Assembly: GCA_963767005.1 (NCBI GenBank)
Contig: CAVYCN010000006.1
Coordinates: 128,001-192,000 of the forward strand
Source of the DNA: an uncultured Actinomycetes bacterium
Lineage (GTDB): Bacteria; Actinomycetota; Thermoleophilia; UBA2241
Direction of reading: 5' to 3'
DNA: 64,000 bases
Shown: piece after piece, positions 1 to 11,842 of the stretch
Position numbering within the stretch: the stretch's first letter is position 1
Layout of the letters: each line of letters starts with the position of its first letter
Notes under the pieces: generated by a model
Told to the model about the DNA's origin: nothing
Database searches by the model: none
What the model saw: the letters and a program-made list of their open reading frames with translations, nothing else
Translations under genes and position numbers: made by a program

Positions 1-557
1 CACCTGAGGAGCGCGGCGGCCGGGCGCGCCGCGGCCGGACGCGCGGCGGGGGGGGGGGGGTGTGTGAGGAGGGTGGAGGTGCTTTGGGTGGTGTTGAGGG
101 TGCGGAGGGAGGGGGTAGGGTAGAGTGAGTGGTAGCTTGCGTAGGTGATATGGGATTGAGTGCTTTGGCGGTAGTGCTGACTCTTGGACTGCTGCAGGCG
201 TATATGAGTGTTGTTGCCCTGGCGACGAGATAGAGTGGCTCATGGGCTTCGCCAGCAAGCAGGGCTCAAGATGACTTCTGCTCTGCGATTCGACCCCGAG
301 AGTGCGCGAGGAGCGCGAGACGGCCAGGCGCGGCGGGCGAGGCGCGCACGGCACGCGCGCCACCGCGCATCGGGGCGCAGCGGCGCGCGACGGCACGCGC
401 GGCCGCGCTCCGCCGGCGAGGCCCAGCCAGCGCGGCAGGAGAAGCGCGCGGGGGGCGGAGGGGTCAGGAGCGCGGGAGGCTGGGCGCGCGACGTCGGCAC
501 CCACTCCCCTTGACTGCGCCTGCCGGCCACTCCGCCCCGCCGGTCGACCGCCACCGG

Positions 558-616
558 TTGCAAGCATTCGCCGGAAGTTTATACTGACTAGTCAGTAGAT
601 CGACTGACTAGTCAGT
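558..616 (+). promoter_or_regulatory. sigma70-type promoter with tandem palindromic TetR-type operators
   Basis: TTGCAA (558-563), 16 bp, TATACT (580-585). Perfect palindrome TACTGACTAGTCAGTA (582-597) and second copy ACTGACTAGTCAGT (603-616). GGGAGG RBS before ATG 640. Confidence 0.85.
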
Positions 617-639
617 TCAGGCGTTCCGGGAGGGAGCCC

Positions 640-1443
640 ATGACGAACGTCCCAACGACGACCGGCCCGCGGGTGGGCCGCGCGACCATCTCACCATCGG
701 GCGCGCGCGGCGGCGCGGCGCCCGCGACACCCGGCGGCATCGTAGCGAGCGGGCTCGGGCTGGCCACCACCCGGGGCTGGGTGTACCGCGACGTCGATCT
801 CGTCGTGCCGGCCGGCTCACTGGCCGTGATCACGGGGCCGGCGGGCTGTGGCAAGACGGCGCTGCTGCTCACGCTCGCGGCCCGCATGCGGCCGACGGCG
901 GGCGCGCTGCGCGTGGGCGAGTGCGTCGCACTCGCCCACGCGCAGCGCGCCCGCCGCCTCGTCGGCCTGGGCGAGACCGCCGGCGTCAACAGCCTCGACG
1001 AGACGCTCACCGTGGCCGCCCAGATCGAGGGCGAGCTCGCGCTGCACAGCCGGCGCGTGCGCCGGGAGCTCCGCGGCCGGGCCAGCGCAGGGCAGCACGA
1101 CGCCGGCGACGTCGCCGGCGTCCTCGCCGCCGTTGATCTCAACCTCGACCCGAGGGTGAAAGTCGGCGACCTGCTCGCCCCGGACCGCCTGCTGCTCGGC
1201 GTCGCGCTCGCCTACGTGGGCCGGCCGCCGTTCCTGGTGGTCGACGACCTGCACGAGGACCTCTCCCCCGCCGACCACGACGTCGTGCTGGCGCGCCTGC
1301 GGGCGCTCGCCGACGGCGGCGTCACCGTCGTCGCCGGTAGCCTCGATCCCGCGCTGGCCGTACACGCCGACGTCGCCCTGGAGCTCGGCCTCGACGGCCG
1401 CCCCGTCACCCCGGCCCTGGAGGTCGTCTCATGCACTCCATAA
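640..1443 (+). CDS. ABC-type ATP-binding protein with degenerate motifs, YhgE/Pip-associated
   Basis: Walker A GPAGCGKT and Walker B-like FLVVDD; canonical LSGGQ absent; RBS present; overlaps the next gene. Confidence 0.85.
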   Translation: MTNVPTTTGPRVGRATISPSGARGGAAPATPGGIVASGLGLATTRGWVYRDVDLVVPAGSLAVITGPAGCGKTALLLTLAARMRPTAGALRVGECVALAHAQRARRLVGLGETAGVNSLDETLTVAAQIEGELALHSRRVRRELRGRASAGQHDAGDVAGVLAAVDLNLDPRVKVGDLLAPDRLLLGVALAYVGRPPFLVVDDLHEDLSPADHDVVLARLRALADGGVTVVAGSLDPALAVHADVALELGLDGRPVTPALEVVSCTP

Positions 1444-3668
1444 GAATGGCGCGCGGCGAGCTGCGGCGCCTGGTATCCGCCCGTCCCTTCCTGCTCGCGG
1501 CCGGCGTCGTGTGCGTCGTGCCGCTGCTCTACTGCGTCCTGTACCTGTGGGCGTTCTGGAACCCGTATGCCCGCCTCGACAAGCTGCCGGTCGCAGTCGT
1601 CAACCTCGATCAGCCGGTGCGCACGAGCGGCACGACCGTGCACATCGGCAACGACCTGGCCGCCCAGCTTCGCAAGGACAAGGAGCTCGACTGGCACTTC
1701 GTGTCGGCGGCCAAGGCCCAGAGCGGCCTCAAGTCGGGCGCCTACTACATGACCCTCACGATCCCCACCGACTTCAGCGCCGACGTCGCGTCGGCGAGCG
1801 GCTCGTCGCCGCACACGGCGACGCTCCAGCTCCGCCAGAACGAGTCGCGCAACCTGCTCGCCTCGCAGATCGGCGACCGCGCCTTCACCGAGCTGCGCGC
1901 GGCGCTGTCGGCGACCACGAGCCAGGGCTACCTGGCCAGGATCTTCAGCGGCGTCGCCCAGGTGAAGAGGGGCATGACGAGTGCGGGCAGCGGCGCGACC
2001 ACCCTGTCGGTGGCGCTGCGCAGCGCGTCGAGCGGCTCGTCGACCCTCACCAGCGGCATCGCCACCGCGGCCAGCGGGTCGAAGACGCTCTCGTCGGGCC
2101 TCACGACGCTGGCGAGCGGCAGCACGACCCTCGCCGGCGGCGCGACCAGGCTCGCGACCGGGGCCGGCACGCTGGCGAGCGGACTCAGCAGCGCCGCGAG
2201 TGGGGCGAGTTCGGTGAGCGCCGGCAGCAGCAGCCTGGCGAGCGGCACGAGCACGCTGGCGAGCGGCCTCTCGAAGCTCGCCACGAACGCGTCGCAGCTT
2301 CACAGCGCGGCCGCCACCCTGGCCGGCGGGGCGTCGCAGGTGCACAGCGGCCTGCAGTCGGCGGTCGGCCAGACGACGAGCGCGGCGGCCTCGGCCGGCC
2401 AGCTCGCCGGCGGGGCGAGCCAGGTGCAGCAGCTCCTGGCCGCCTACATCGCCGCCCATCCCGACGCCGCCGACCTCGCCACGCTCGAGACGGCCGCCGG
2501 CGCAGCCGGCCAGGTCTCGTCGGGCCTGGCGAGCCTGCACGACGGCCTGGCGAGCGGCGCCACGCAGCTCGGTACGCTGGCAAGCGGCGCCGCGGAGCTC
2601 GACAGCGGCAGCTCAGAGCTCGCCGCCTCGCTCGCCACCTACAGCGTCGCCGTGACCCAGGCGAGCTCGGGCGCGGTGACGGTCGCAAGCGGCGCGAGCA
2701 GCCTCGCCGAGGGCGCGAGCAGCCTGCGCGCCGGCGTGAGCGCGACCAGCGCCGGAGCCGGCACCCTCGCCAGCAAGGCCCGTGAGCTCGCGAGCGGCGC
2801 CGGCGGCGTCGCCGCCGGCGCCGCTCAGGCGCGCGCCGGCAGCACCACCCTGGTGACCGGCATCGATCAGCTCCTGACCGGCAGCAGCACGCTCACCGGC
2901 GGCCTGCTCACCGCGCACTCCGGCGCGAGCCGCCTGGCGAGCAGCATCAGAAGCGGCGCCGCGTCGGTGCCCGCCTACAGCGGCCGCAGCGCCACCGCGC
3001 ACGCCGCGACCATGAGCGACCCGGTCAAGCTGACCACCACGCGCGTCCACCCCGTGCCCAACTACGGCACCGGCTTCGCGCCCTACTTCATCCCTCTCGC
3101 ACTCTGGGTCGGCGCGCTCATGACGTACTTCATCGTGCGCCCGCTGTCCGGCCGCGCCCTCGCCTCGACCCGCTCCGACTGGGACGTCGGGCTCGCCGGC
3201 CTGTGGCCCGGCGCGCTCGTCACGGCGCTGCAGGCCGTCGTGCTCGTGTTCGTGCTGCAGCTCGCCCTGGGCCTGCATCCGGTCGAGCCGGCGCTGCTCG
3301 TGCTGTTCGCCCTGGTGTCGGCCCTGTCGTTCACCGCCGTCCTGCAGTTCCTGTCGGCGGCCTTCGGCACGGCCGGCAAGTTCGTCGCCATCGTGCTGCT
3401 CATGCTGCAGCTCACCTCGTCGGGCGGCGCCTTTCCGCTGCAGACCAACCCGCGCTTCTTTCAGGTGATCAGCCCCTGCCTGCCCATGACCTACGTGGTC
3501 GCCGGCCTGCGCCAGGCGATCTCGGGCGGCGACCTGCACAAGCTGGCCTTCGACACCCTCGTCCTGCTGGGCTTCGCCGCCGCCGGCATCTGTGCGACGA
3601 TAGTGACCGCACACCGCCGCCGGACCTGGACGATGGCCCGGCTCAAGCCGGTGGTGACGATGCAATGA
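1431..3668 (+). CDS. YhgE/Pip family membrane protein
   Basis: N-terminal TM plus WNPY..LDKLPVAVVNLD; long Ala/Ser/Gly heptad repeats (LASGA..L); C-terminal VPNYGTGFAPYF and LQLTSSGGAFP multi-TM domain. Confidence 0.93.
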   Translation: MHSIRMARGELRRLVSARPFLLAAGVVCVVPLLYCVLYLWAFWNPYARLDKLPVAVVNLDQPVRTSGTTVHIGNDLAAQLRKDKELDWHFVSAAKAQSGLKSGAYYMTLTIPTDFSADVASASGSSPHTATLQLRQNESRNLLASQIGDRAFTELRAALSATTSQGYLARIFSGVAQVKRGMTSAGSGATTLSVALRSASSGSSTLTSGIATAASGSKTLSSGLTTLASGSTTLAGGATRLATGAGTLASGLSSAASGASSVSAGSSSLASGTSTLASGLSKLATNASQLHSAAATLAGGASQVHSGLQSAVGQTTSAAASAGQLAGGASQVQQLLAAYIAAHPDAADLATLETAAGAAGQVSSGLASLHDGLASGATQLGTLASGAAELDSGSSELAASLATYSVAVTQASSGAVTVASGASSLAEGASSLRAGVSATSAGAGTLASKARELASGAGGVAAGAAQARAGSTTLVTGIDQLLTGSSTLTGGLLTAHSGASRLASSIRSGAASVPAYSGRSATAHAATMSDPVKLTTTRVHPVPNYGTGFAPYFIPLALWVGALMTYFIVRPLSGRALASTRSDWDVGLAGLWPGALVTALQAVVLVFVLQLALGLHPVEPALLVLFALVSALSFTAVLQFLSAAFGTAGKFVAIVLLMLQLTSSGGAFPLQTNPRFFQVISPCLPMTYVVAGLRQAISGGDLHKLAFDTLVLLGFAAAGICATIVTAHRRRTWTMARLKPVVTMQ

Positions 3669-4369
3669 GGCACGACGGCGCGACAGCCACGGCCCGGCGA
3701 CCGAACGGCACGACGCAGGCGGCGGCGGGGCACGGCAGCCGCGCCGCGGCCCACGAGCGGAGGGCGATGGCCCAGACCGACGACACGCAGCACCCGCGCA
3801 GCGCGACGCTCGACCGCCTGTTCGAGGCGGCGGTCGAGCTGCTCGCCGACCGCGGCTACGCCGGCGCCACGATCGACGACATCGTCGAGCGCGCCGGCGT
3901 GGCCAAGGGCACTGTGTACTACCACTTCCGCAGCAAGGCGGAGCTGGTCTCGACCCTGCTCGACGACGGGCTCAAGCGCCTTGCGGCGTCGTTTCGCAGC
4001 GAGATCGAGGGCGCGCAGGGCGGCTGCGCCGCCCTGCGCGCCCTCGTCCACGCCGAGCTCACCTACATCGAACGTTACCAGGCCTTCTCGAAGCTCGTCA
4101 TGTCCGAGATGTGGCGCGCCGACCGCGACTGGCGCGACAGCCTGAGCACCCTGCGCGAGGAGTACGGCGAGGTCTTCGCGGGCGTGCTGCGCGCCGGCGT
4201 CGCCGAGGGCGTCTTTCGCGCCGACTTAGACGTGCGCGCCGCCGCCTCGACCATCTTCGGCATGATCGCGACGGCCGCGCTCGACTGGCTCGTGTTCGAG
4301 CCGCAGGCGACGCTCGAGGTGGTCGAAGCTCGCCTCACGCCGCTCGTGCTCGGCGCCGTGCGCGCCTGA
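3665..4369 (+). CDS. TetR/AcrR family transcriptional regulator (alternative start 3767)
   Basis: HTH AAVELLADRGYAGATIDDIVERAGVAKGTVYYHFRSK; ATGA overlap with the yhgE-like stop at 3665, or ATG 3767 with a GGAGG RBS. Confidence 0.92.
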   Translation: MRHDGATATARRPNGTTQAAAGHGSRAAAHERRAMAQTDDTQHPRSATLDRLFEAAVELLADRGYAGATIDDIVERAGVAKGTVYYHFRSKAELVSTLLDDGLKRLAASFRSEIEGAQGGCAALRALVHAELTYIERYQAFSKLVMSEMWRADRDWRDSLSTLREEYGEVFAGVLRAGVAEGVFRADLDVRAAASTIFGMIATAALDWLVFEPQATLEVVEARLTPLVLGAVRA

Positions 4370-4389
4370 GCAAGGCCGGGCGGTTCAGT

Positions 4390-4417
4390 CGGGGCCGCGC
4401 GCCGGCGCGCGGCCCCG
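4390..4417. terminator. perfect 28-bp palindrome between convergent genes, likely bidirectional terminator
   Basis: CGGGGCCGCGCGCCGGCGCGCGGCCCCG lies between the TetR and GNAT stop codons. Confidence 0.6.
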
Positions 4418-4447
4418 GCGCCTCTCCCCCACAGCCCGCGCGAGCGC

Positions 4448-4966
4448 TCAGACCCCGACGACGAGCTCCATGAGTAGCGCGTCGCGCCACGTGCCGTCGG
4501 CCGTGCGCTCGTAGGCGCGCATCACCCCGACGCGGCGAAAGCCGAGGCGCTCGTAGGCCCGCACAGCGCGCTCGTTGGCGGCGGAGGGATCGACCGTAAG
4601 GCGGTGATGGCCGCGCTCGCCCACCAGATGGCCGATCAGCACGCGCATCGCCTCGCTGCCCAGGCCGCGGTCCTGCCAGGCGTCGCCCATGAAGATGTCG
4701 ATCGACGCGCTGTGATAGTCGGGGTCGGCCTCCTCATGGAACTGGATCGAGCCGGCCACCGCGCCGTCGACCAGCACGGCGAACACGACGGCGCCCTCCT
4801 CGTTGATCTGGTCCCAGCTCGCCCGCATCCACCAGGCGGCCACGCCGGGGTCGTGCAGCAGGGCCAGGAGCGCGGGGGCGTCGGCGTCGGTCAGCGGTCG
4901 CAGTACGACGCGCTCGCCGCGCAGGGTCGGGACAGGGGCCGGCGAGCCGGCGCCGGCCGGGCTCAT
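4448..4966 (-). CDS. GNAT N-acetyltransferase (RimJ/RimL or AAC(6')-like)
   Basis: LRGERVVLRP, acetyl-CoA motif QDRGLG, N.RAVRAYERLGF; ATG overlaps the prfB TGA. Confidence 0.88.
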   Translation of the reverse strand: MSPAGAGSPAPVPTLRGERVVLRPLTDADAPALLALLHDPGVAAWWMRASWDQINEEGAVVFAVLVDGAVAGSIQFHEEADPDYHSASIDIFMGDAWQDRGLGSEAMRVLIGHLVGERGHHRLTVDPSAANERAVRAYERLGFRRVGVMRAYERTADGTWRDALLMELVVGV

Positions 4967-6121
4967 CGCGTCTTCTGCTCGGTGCCGGCGCGCCACATGA
5001 GGAAGGCGTGCACGAACGGGTCGAGCTCGCCGTCGAGCACCGCCTGGGTGTTGCCGGTCTCCTGGTCGGTGCGCAGGTCCTTGACCATCTGGTAGGGGTG
5101 CAGCACGTAGTTGCGGATCTGCGAGCCGAAGTTGACGTCGAGCTGCTGGCCGCGCTCGCGGGCCATCTCCTCGGCGCGCTTGCGCTCCTCGAGCTCGACT
5201 AGGCGCGACTTGAGCATCCGCATGGCGGTCGCCCGGTTGGAGATCTGCGAGCGCTCGTTCTGGCACTGCACGACGATGCCGGTCGGGATGTGCGTGATGC
5301 GCACCGCCGAGCTCGTCTTGTTGACGTGCTGGCCGCCGGCGCCGCTCGAGCGGTAGGTGTCGATCCGCAGATCGTCCTCGTCGATGTCGATCTCGACGTC
5401 GTCGGACACGAGCGGACTCACTTCGACCGCAGCGAAGCTCGTGTGGCGGCGGTTGGCCGAGTCGAACGGGCTCAGGCGCACCAGGCGGTGCACCCCCTTC
5501 TCGGAAGCGAGCAGGCCGTAGGCGTTCTCGCCCTCGACCGTGATCGTGGCGCTCGTGATGCCGGCCTCGCCGCCCTCCTGCACGTCGTTGACCTCGGCCT
5601 TGAAGCCGCGATTCTCGAACCAGCGCAGGTACATGCGCAGCAGCATCTGGGCCCAGTCCTGGGACTCGGTGCCGCCGGCGCCGGGGTGGATCGTGACGAT
5701 CGCGCCGCCCTCGTCGTAGCGGCCGCTGAAGAAGCGCTGCTCCTCGCGGCGGTCGAGCTCGCGCTCGAGGGCGCCGAGGCCGCGCGCCAGCTCGCCGAGG
5801 AGCTGCTCATCGACCTCGTCGCCGCCGAGCTCCTCGCGGGCGAGCTCCTCGGTGGCCTCGAGGTCGCCGTACTGGGCCTCGAGCGTGCCGAACTCCTCGA
5901 GGCGGCGCTTGAGGCGGCTGTACTGGGCCGAGGTGCGCTGCGCCGACTCGGCGTCGTCCCAGAAGTCGGCGGCCCGCATGCGCTCTTCGAGCGCGGCGAT
6001 GTCGGCGGTCAGCTGAGGGGGGTCAAAGATAGCTCCGCAGCCAGCTCAGGCGCTCGGAGGCGCCATGGAGCCGCTCGCGGAGCGAGTCGAGACGTTCGTA
6101 GGCTTCGGGGACGGTGCTCAT
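4963..6121 (-). CDS. prfB: peptide chain release factor 2 with programmed +1 frameshift
   Basis: SPF anticodon motif and GGQ motif; 32-codon upstream segment from ATG 6121 ends in CTT-TGA-C (6028-6022) and continues in the +1 frame. Confidence 0.97.
6022..6037 (-). other. prfB +1 ribosomal frameshift site
   Basis: Minus strand CGGAGC TAT CTT TGA C: internal SD-like sequence plus the canonical slippery CTTTGAC. Confidence 0.93.
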
Positions 6122-6155
6122 GACCTGGGGAGTATACCCTACCGGCGGAGGCCGG

Positions 6156-6863
6156 TTACGCCCCTTCGAGACGGAGCCCCAGAAGCGCGAGCGCCCGCTG
6201 CAGGTCGCCGTCCTGCGAGTCGATCGGGTCGGTGGCGATCCCGAACACCGGGCTTCTCCCCCCCATCGACTGCTGTTCGAACACGGCCCAGTTCTCGACG
6301 CCGTCGTCCAGTCTGGAACGGTAGTAGATGCCGGCGTAGGGCCGACCGTTCTCGTCGCGTTGCGTCGCTATGTAGCTGGATATCTCCTGCGTGAAGGCGC
6401 GCGGAGTCGACAGCCTGATTGTGGCTGCGTCCAAGTCGCGCAGGCCGTAGTGCACGACGCGGGCCGCCAGAGCAGTCCGCAGCTCAGACAGCGTCTCGGC
6501 GTCACCCACGACGACGAACCAGCCGCAGGCCTCGGTCATGACGCCCCTCGTGATGACTCGCCGGTGAAACCAGTCGCGTGGTACCACGCCGGGCGTCGCT
6601 GTAGTGCCAGAGGCCCTCGTGTCGGCCTCCTGGAGCGCGTACTCAGCCAGGATCCCCGGGTCGGGGCGGAAGTCGACGAGGGTCTCGAGAAAGCACCCGA
6701 GCCGTTGGCTGGACGCGTACAAGACACGGTAGCGCCCATTCGCATCGTCCCAGCGATGGTCGAAGGTGCCGTCGGCATAGGCCCAGTCAGGCCACGCCCA
6801 GGGGTCGGCAGCTCGGCCGACTCGATAGAGCTCCGCCTCGAGCGACTTCTTCGTGAGGCTCAT
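6156..6863 (-). CDS. RES domain toxin (putative NAD+-consuming enzyme)
   Basis: YRVGR..., HRWD, LYAS...FLETL and GIYYRSR...NWAVFE pattern typical of RES proteins; ATGA-coupled to the upstream small gene. Confidence 0.8.
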   Translation of the reverse strand: MSLTKKSLEAELYRVGRAADPWAWPDWAYADGTFDHRWDDANGRYRVLYASSQRLGCFLETLVDFRPDPGILAEYALQEADTRASGTTATPGVVPRDWFHRRVITRGVMTEACGWFVVVGDAETLSELRTALAARVVHYGLRDLDAATIRLSTPRAFTQEISSYIATQRDENGRPYAGIYYRSRLDDGVENWAVFEQQSMGGRSPVFGIATDPIDSQDGDLQRALALLGLRLEGA

Positions 6864-7249
6864 CCCAGGACGAAGAACGCCCGAGCGGCTCCCCGCACCT
6901 GCGGGCCGACCTCATCCAGATCGCCCTCGCGCAGCATGCGAGCCGGAGAGCGGTCGTCCAGCCGCTCGTTCAACCCCTGGAACCAGGCCTGTACGACGGC
7001 CGGAGAGTCCTCTTGGCACAGCATGCGGGCGATGGCAAAAGCCTCTCTGAGGCGACGCTCAGTCTTGGGATGCGGCGTCTGCTTGCCCTCGGCCCACAGG
7101 CGAACCGCTCGCGTCTCTCTGACCGAGCCGAGGTAGGCCACAAGCTGAGTGCCGAGCATGTCCCGCAGCTCTTTCGCCAACTCCGGGAAGGGCAGGCTGA
7201 CCGCTTCTTCGCTGGCGGAAAGGTCGGGGCGCTGTCGTGCGAGTGTCAC
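6860..7249 (-). CDS. Xre/MbcA/ParS-type antitoxin
   Basis: HTH-like N-terminal half (LVAYLGSV.ETRAVRLWAEG) and C-terminal AWFQGLNERLDDRSPARMLREG typical of MbcA/ParS toxin-binding domains; GGAGG RBS. Confidence 0.8.
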   Translation of the reverse strand: MTLARQRPDLSASEEAVSLPFPELAKELRDMLGTQLVAYLGSVRETRAVRLWAEGKQTPHPKTERRLREAFAIARMLCQEDSPAVVQAWFQGLNERLDDRSPARMLREGDLDEVGPQVRGAARAFFVLG

Positions 7250-7263
7250 CGAAAGTCACCTCC

Positions 7264-7308
7264 ATACACAGTATCGGAAAGCATGCTTTATTACAGGAGA
7301 AAGTACAA
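7264..7308 (-). promoter_or_regulatory. promoter and palindromic operator of the RES-Xre module
   Basis: Minus strand TTGTAC (7308-7303), 17 bp, CATGCT (7285-7280). Perfect palindrome AAAGCATGCTTT (7278-7289) covers the -10; ATAC-ACA-GTAT at 7264-7274. Confidence 0.6.
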
Positions 7309-7548
7309 CCATACGTCCCCCCAGCCGCCTCCAGCGCAAACCTGCGCCGTCGACTCGATGAGAGCTCGTCACGGTTGCCGGCCCGATCGTCGAGCCGACC
7401 TGGGCGCCGTCACGGTGGAGGCCCTGGACTCGGCCGGCCACCTCGGCGGTCGTCAGGTTCTGAGCGAAGGGGGTAACCTCCGACGCTCGCCGCCAGCCAA
7501 GTGTCGACGGTCGACGGAGCTTGAACCGGGCAGGCTAGCTCGCCCGGT

Positions 7549-10221
<2,673 letters not shown>

Positions 10222-10364
10222 GGGTTGCTCGACTCTCCTGATCGGTGATGCTCGCGCTCTGCTGTTCAGATTACCCTATCGCGCCGCGAGCGGCGCGAAC
10301 GTGACCCCGGCGTCCCCCGGTGAGCTTCTGCGCCGCCCCCGCCGTCCCTTTTGCCCGGGCGCGC

Positions 10365-11009
10365 CTACTGCCGGGCCGGCTCGATCAGGCCGTAGTGACC
10401 GTCGTTGCGGCGGTAGACGACGTTGGTGTCGTTGGTCTCGGCGTTCGTGAAGACGAAGAAGCTGTGCCCGATGAGCTCGAGCTGCAGCGTGGCCTCGTCG
10501 ACCGACATCGGCTTGAGGGCGAACTGCTTGCTCTTCACGACCCGCGGCTCGTCGTGGTTGTGGTCGCCGCCGGCGGCCGTCTCCGGTCCGCCGACCGCGG
10601 CCGGCTCGGTCGCGGCCGGCGCCTCGTCGTCGTCGCCGGCCGCGGCGGCCTCGGCCGCGACTGCGATCCCCCTGGGTGCCGCATGGCGCAGGGCCTTGTG
10701 CTGGATCTTGTCGTGGTACTTCTTGGCCTGTCGCTGAAGCTTCTCGGTCACGAGATCGATCGAGGCGTACATGTCGGGCGACGATTCCCGCGCCCGCATG
10801 ACGGGACCGCGCGTGAAGACGGTCGCCTCGGCGATCTGCGAGTCGACGTTGGCGTGGCCCTTCTCGACGAGGAGCTCGAGCTCCACGCGCGTGACCTCGT
10901 CGATGTGACGCTCGCTGAGCACACGATGGAGCTTGGCGAGCTTCTCTTCGGCGTAGTCCCGCAGCGGTTCGCTGACGGCCACGTGACGACCTTTGACCTG
11001 GATCTTCAT
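10365..11009 (-). CDS. hpf: ribosome hibernation promoting factor (long HPF)
   Basis: MKIQVKGRH...DMYASIDLV.EKL.RQ..KY; C-terminal KPMSVDEA.LQLELIGH.FFVF.N...VVYRR.DG.YGLI. Confidence 0.95.
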   Translation of the reverse strand: MKIQVKGRHVAVSEPLRDYAEEKLAKLHRVLSERHIDEVTRVELELLVEKGHANVDSQIAEATVFTRGPVMRARESSPDMYASIDLVTEKLQRQAKKYHDKIQHKALRHAAPRGIAVAAEAAAAGDDDEAPAATEPAAVGGPETAAGGDHNHDEPRVVKSKQFALKPMSVDEATLQLELIGHSFFVFTNAETNDTNVVYRRNDGHYGLIEPARQ

Positions 11010-11842
11010 GAAGGCGGCTCCTTTGGTGCCGACGATCGACTGCGTCGTCGCCGCTCAGGCAGGGCGACTCCGCTACGCGCCTGGTCCGGCGATCCGAAGC
11101 GGTCTCCGAACGAAAAAGCGCGGGCTGCGCGCGCAAACGTGAACGCATGCGGCTCGCAACCCGCGTGTCTCAAAGCGGTGGCACACGCGTGCAGTGTCTC
11201 ACCCGTCGTGTAGACGTCGTCAACCACTAACACGGCACTCACTGTACCCGCTTTATCGGCCGATTTCTCGCGCAACCTGAACGCGCCGCGCACGTTGTCG
11301 GCGCGCGCGGCCGCGGCCAGGCCGCTCTGCCGGCGCCCGCGCTGCGCGCGCTCGAGCAGCGGCACGAAGGGCAGGCCGGCGGCGGCCGCGAGGCGGCGCC
11401 CGAGCAGCGCTGCCTGGTCGAAGCCGCGCTCGAGGTCGCGTTCGCGATGCACCGGCACGCAGGTGACGAGGTCGACGCCGCCGACCCCGCCGAGCGCCGC
11501 CACCATCCCGACAAACGACGGTTCGGCGAGCGCCGCCATCTCGGCGGCGAGCGGCCGCAGCGCGCGGAACTTGCAGGCGGTGACCAGACGGCGCGCCGGA
11601 CCTTCGTAGAAGAAGGCGGCGCGCGCCGACGCGAAGGCCAGCCGGCGGCCACGGCACTCGCGGCAATCGGGTCGCGACCGCGTGAGCGGCGCCCCGCACC
11701 GCTCGCAGACGGTGGCCGGGAGCGGCACGAGCGCGGCCCGGCAGGTGTCGCACAGCCAGCAGCCGGCGCGCCCGCAGCCCACGCAGCGCCGTGGCAGGAA
11801 GAGGTCGGCGGCCGCGTCGGCGACGCGGCCGAGGGTGGTCAC
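11006..11842 (-). CDS. comF: ComF family phosphoribosyltransferase-like protein
   Basis: N-terminal Cys pairs (CVGC, CDTC, CERC, CREC), RGFDQA, VLVVDDVYTTGET; GTGA overlap with the upstream stop; canonical comF-hpf-secA order. Confidence 0.92.
   Translation of the reverse strand: MTTLGRVADAAADLFLPRRCVGCGRAGCWLCDTCRAALVPLPATVCERCGAPLTRSRPDCRECRGRRLAFASARAAFFYEGPARRLVTACKFRALRPLAAEMAALAEPSFVGMVAALGGVGGVDLVTCVPVHRERDLERGFDQAALLGRRLAAAAGLPFVPLLERAQRGRRQSGLAAAARADNVRGAFRLREKSADKAGTVSAVLVVDDVYTTGETLHACATALRHAGCEPHAFTFARAARAFSFGDRFGSPDQARSGVALPERRRRSRSSAPKEPPS

Noticed and set aside
48-300. G13 run followed by G/T-rich, C-poor sequence unlike the rest of the window; considered as a G-quadruplex element, phase-variation tract or riboswitch
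   Set aside because: It lies at the window edge, grades into normal composition and has no recognisable motif or coding signal. It is most likely low-quality consensus and needs a read-level check.
208-598. Short Arg/Ala/Pro-rich ORFs on both strands
   Set aside because: No motifs or convincing RBS; typical spurious ORFs of high-GC DNA.
1975-2960. Repetitive GCGAGCGGC-type DNA that might suggest a repeat array
   Set aside because: It encodes the heptad repeats of the YhgE/Pip protein; there is no repeat-spacer structure, so it is not CRISPR.
6130-7548. IS or integrative-element boundaries around the TA islets (also 47006-48676)
   Set aside because: No transposase, integrase, tRNA target or clear flanking direct or inverted repeats were found by eye.
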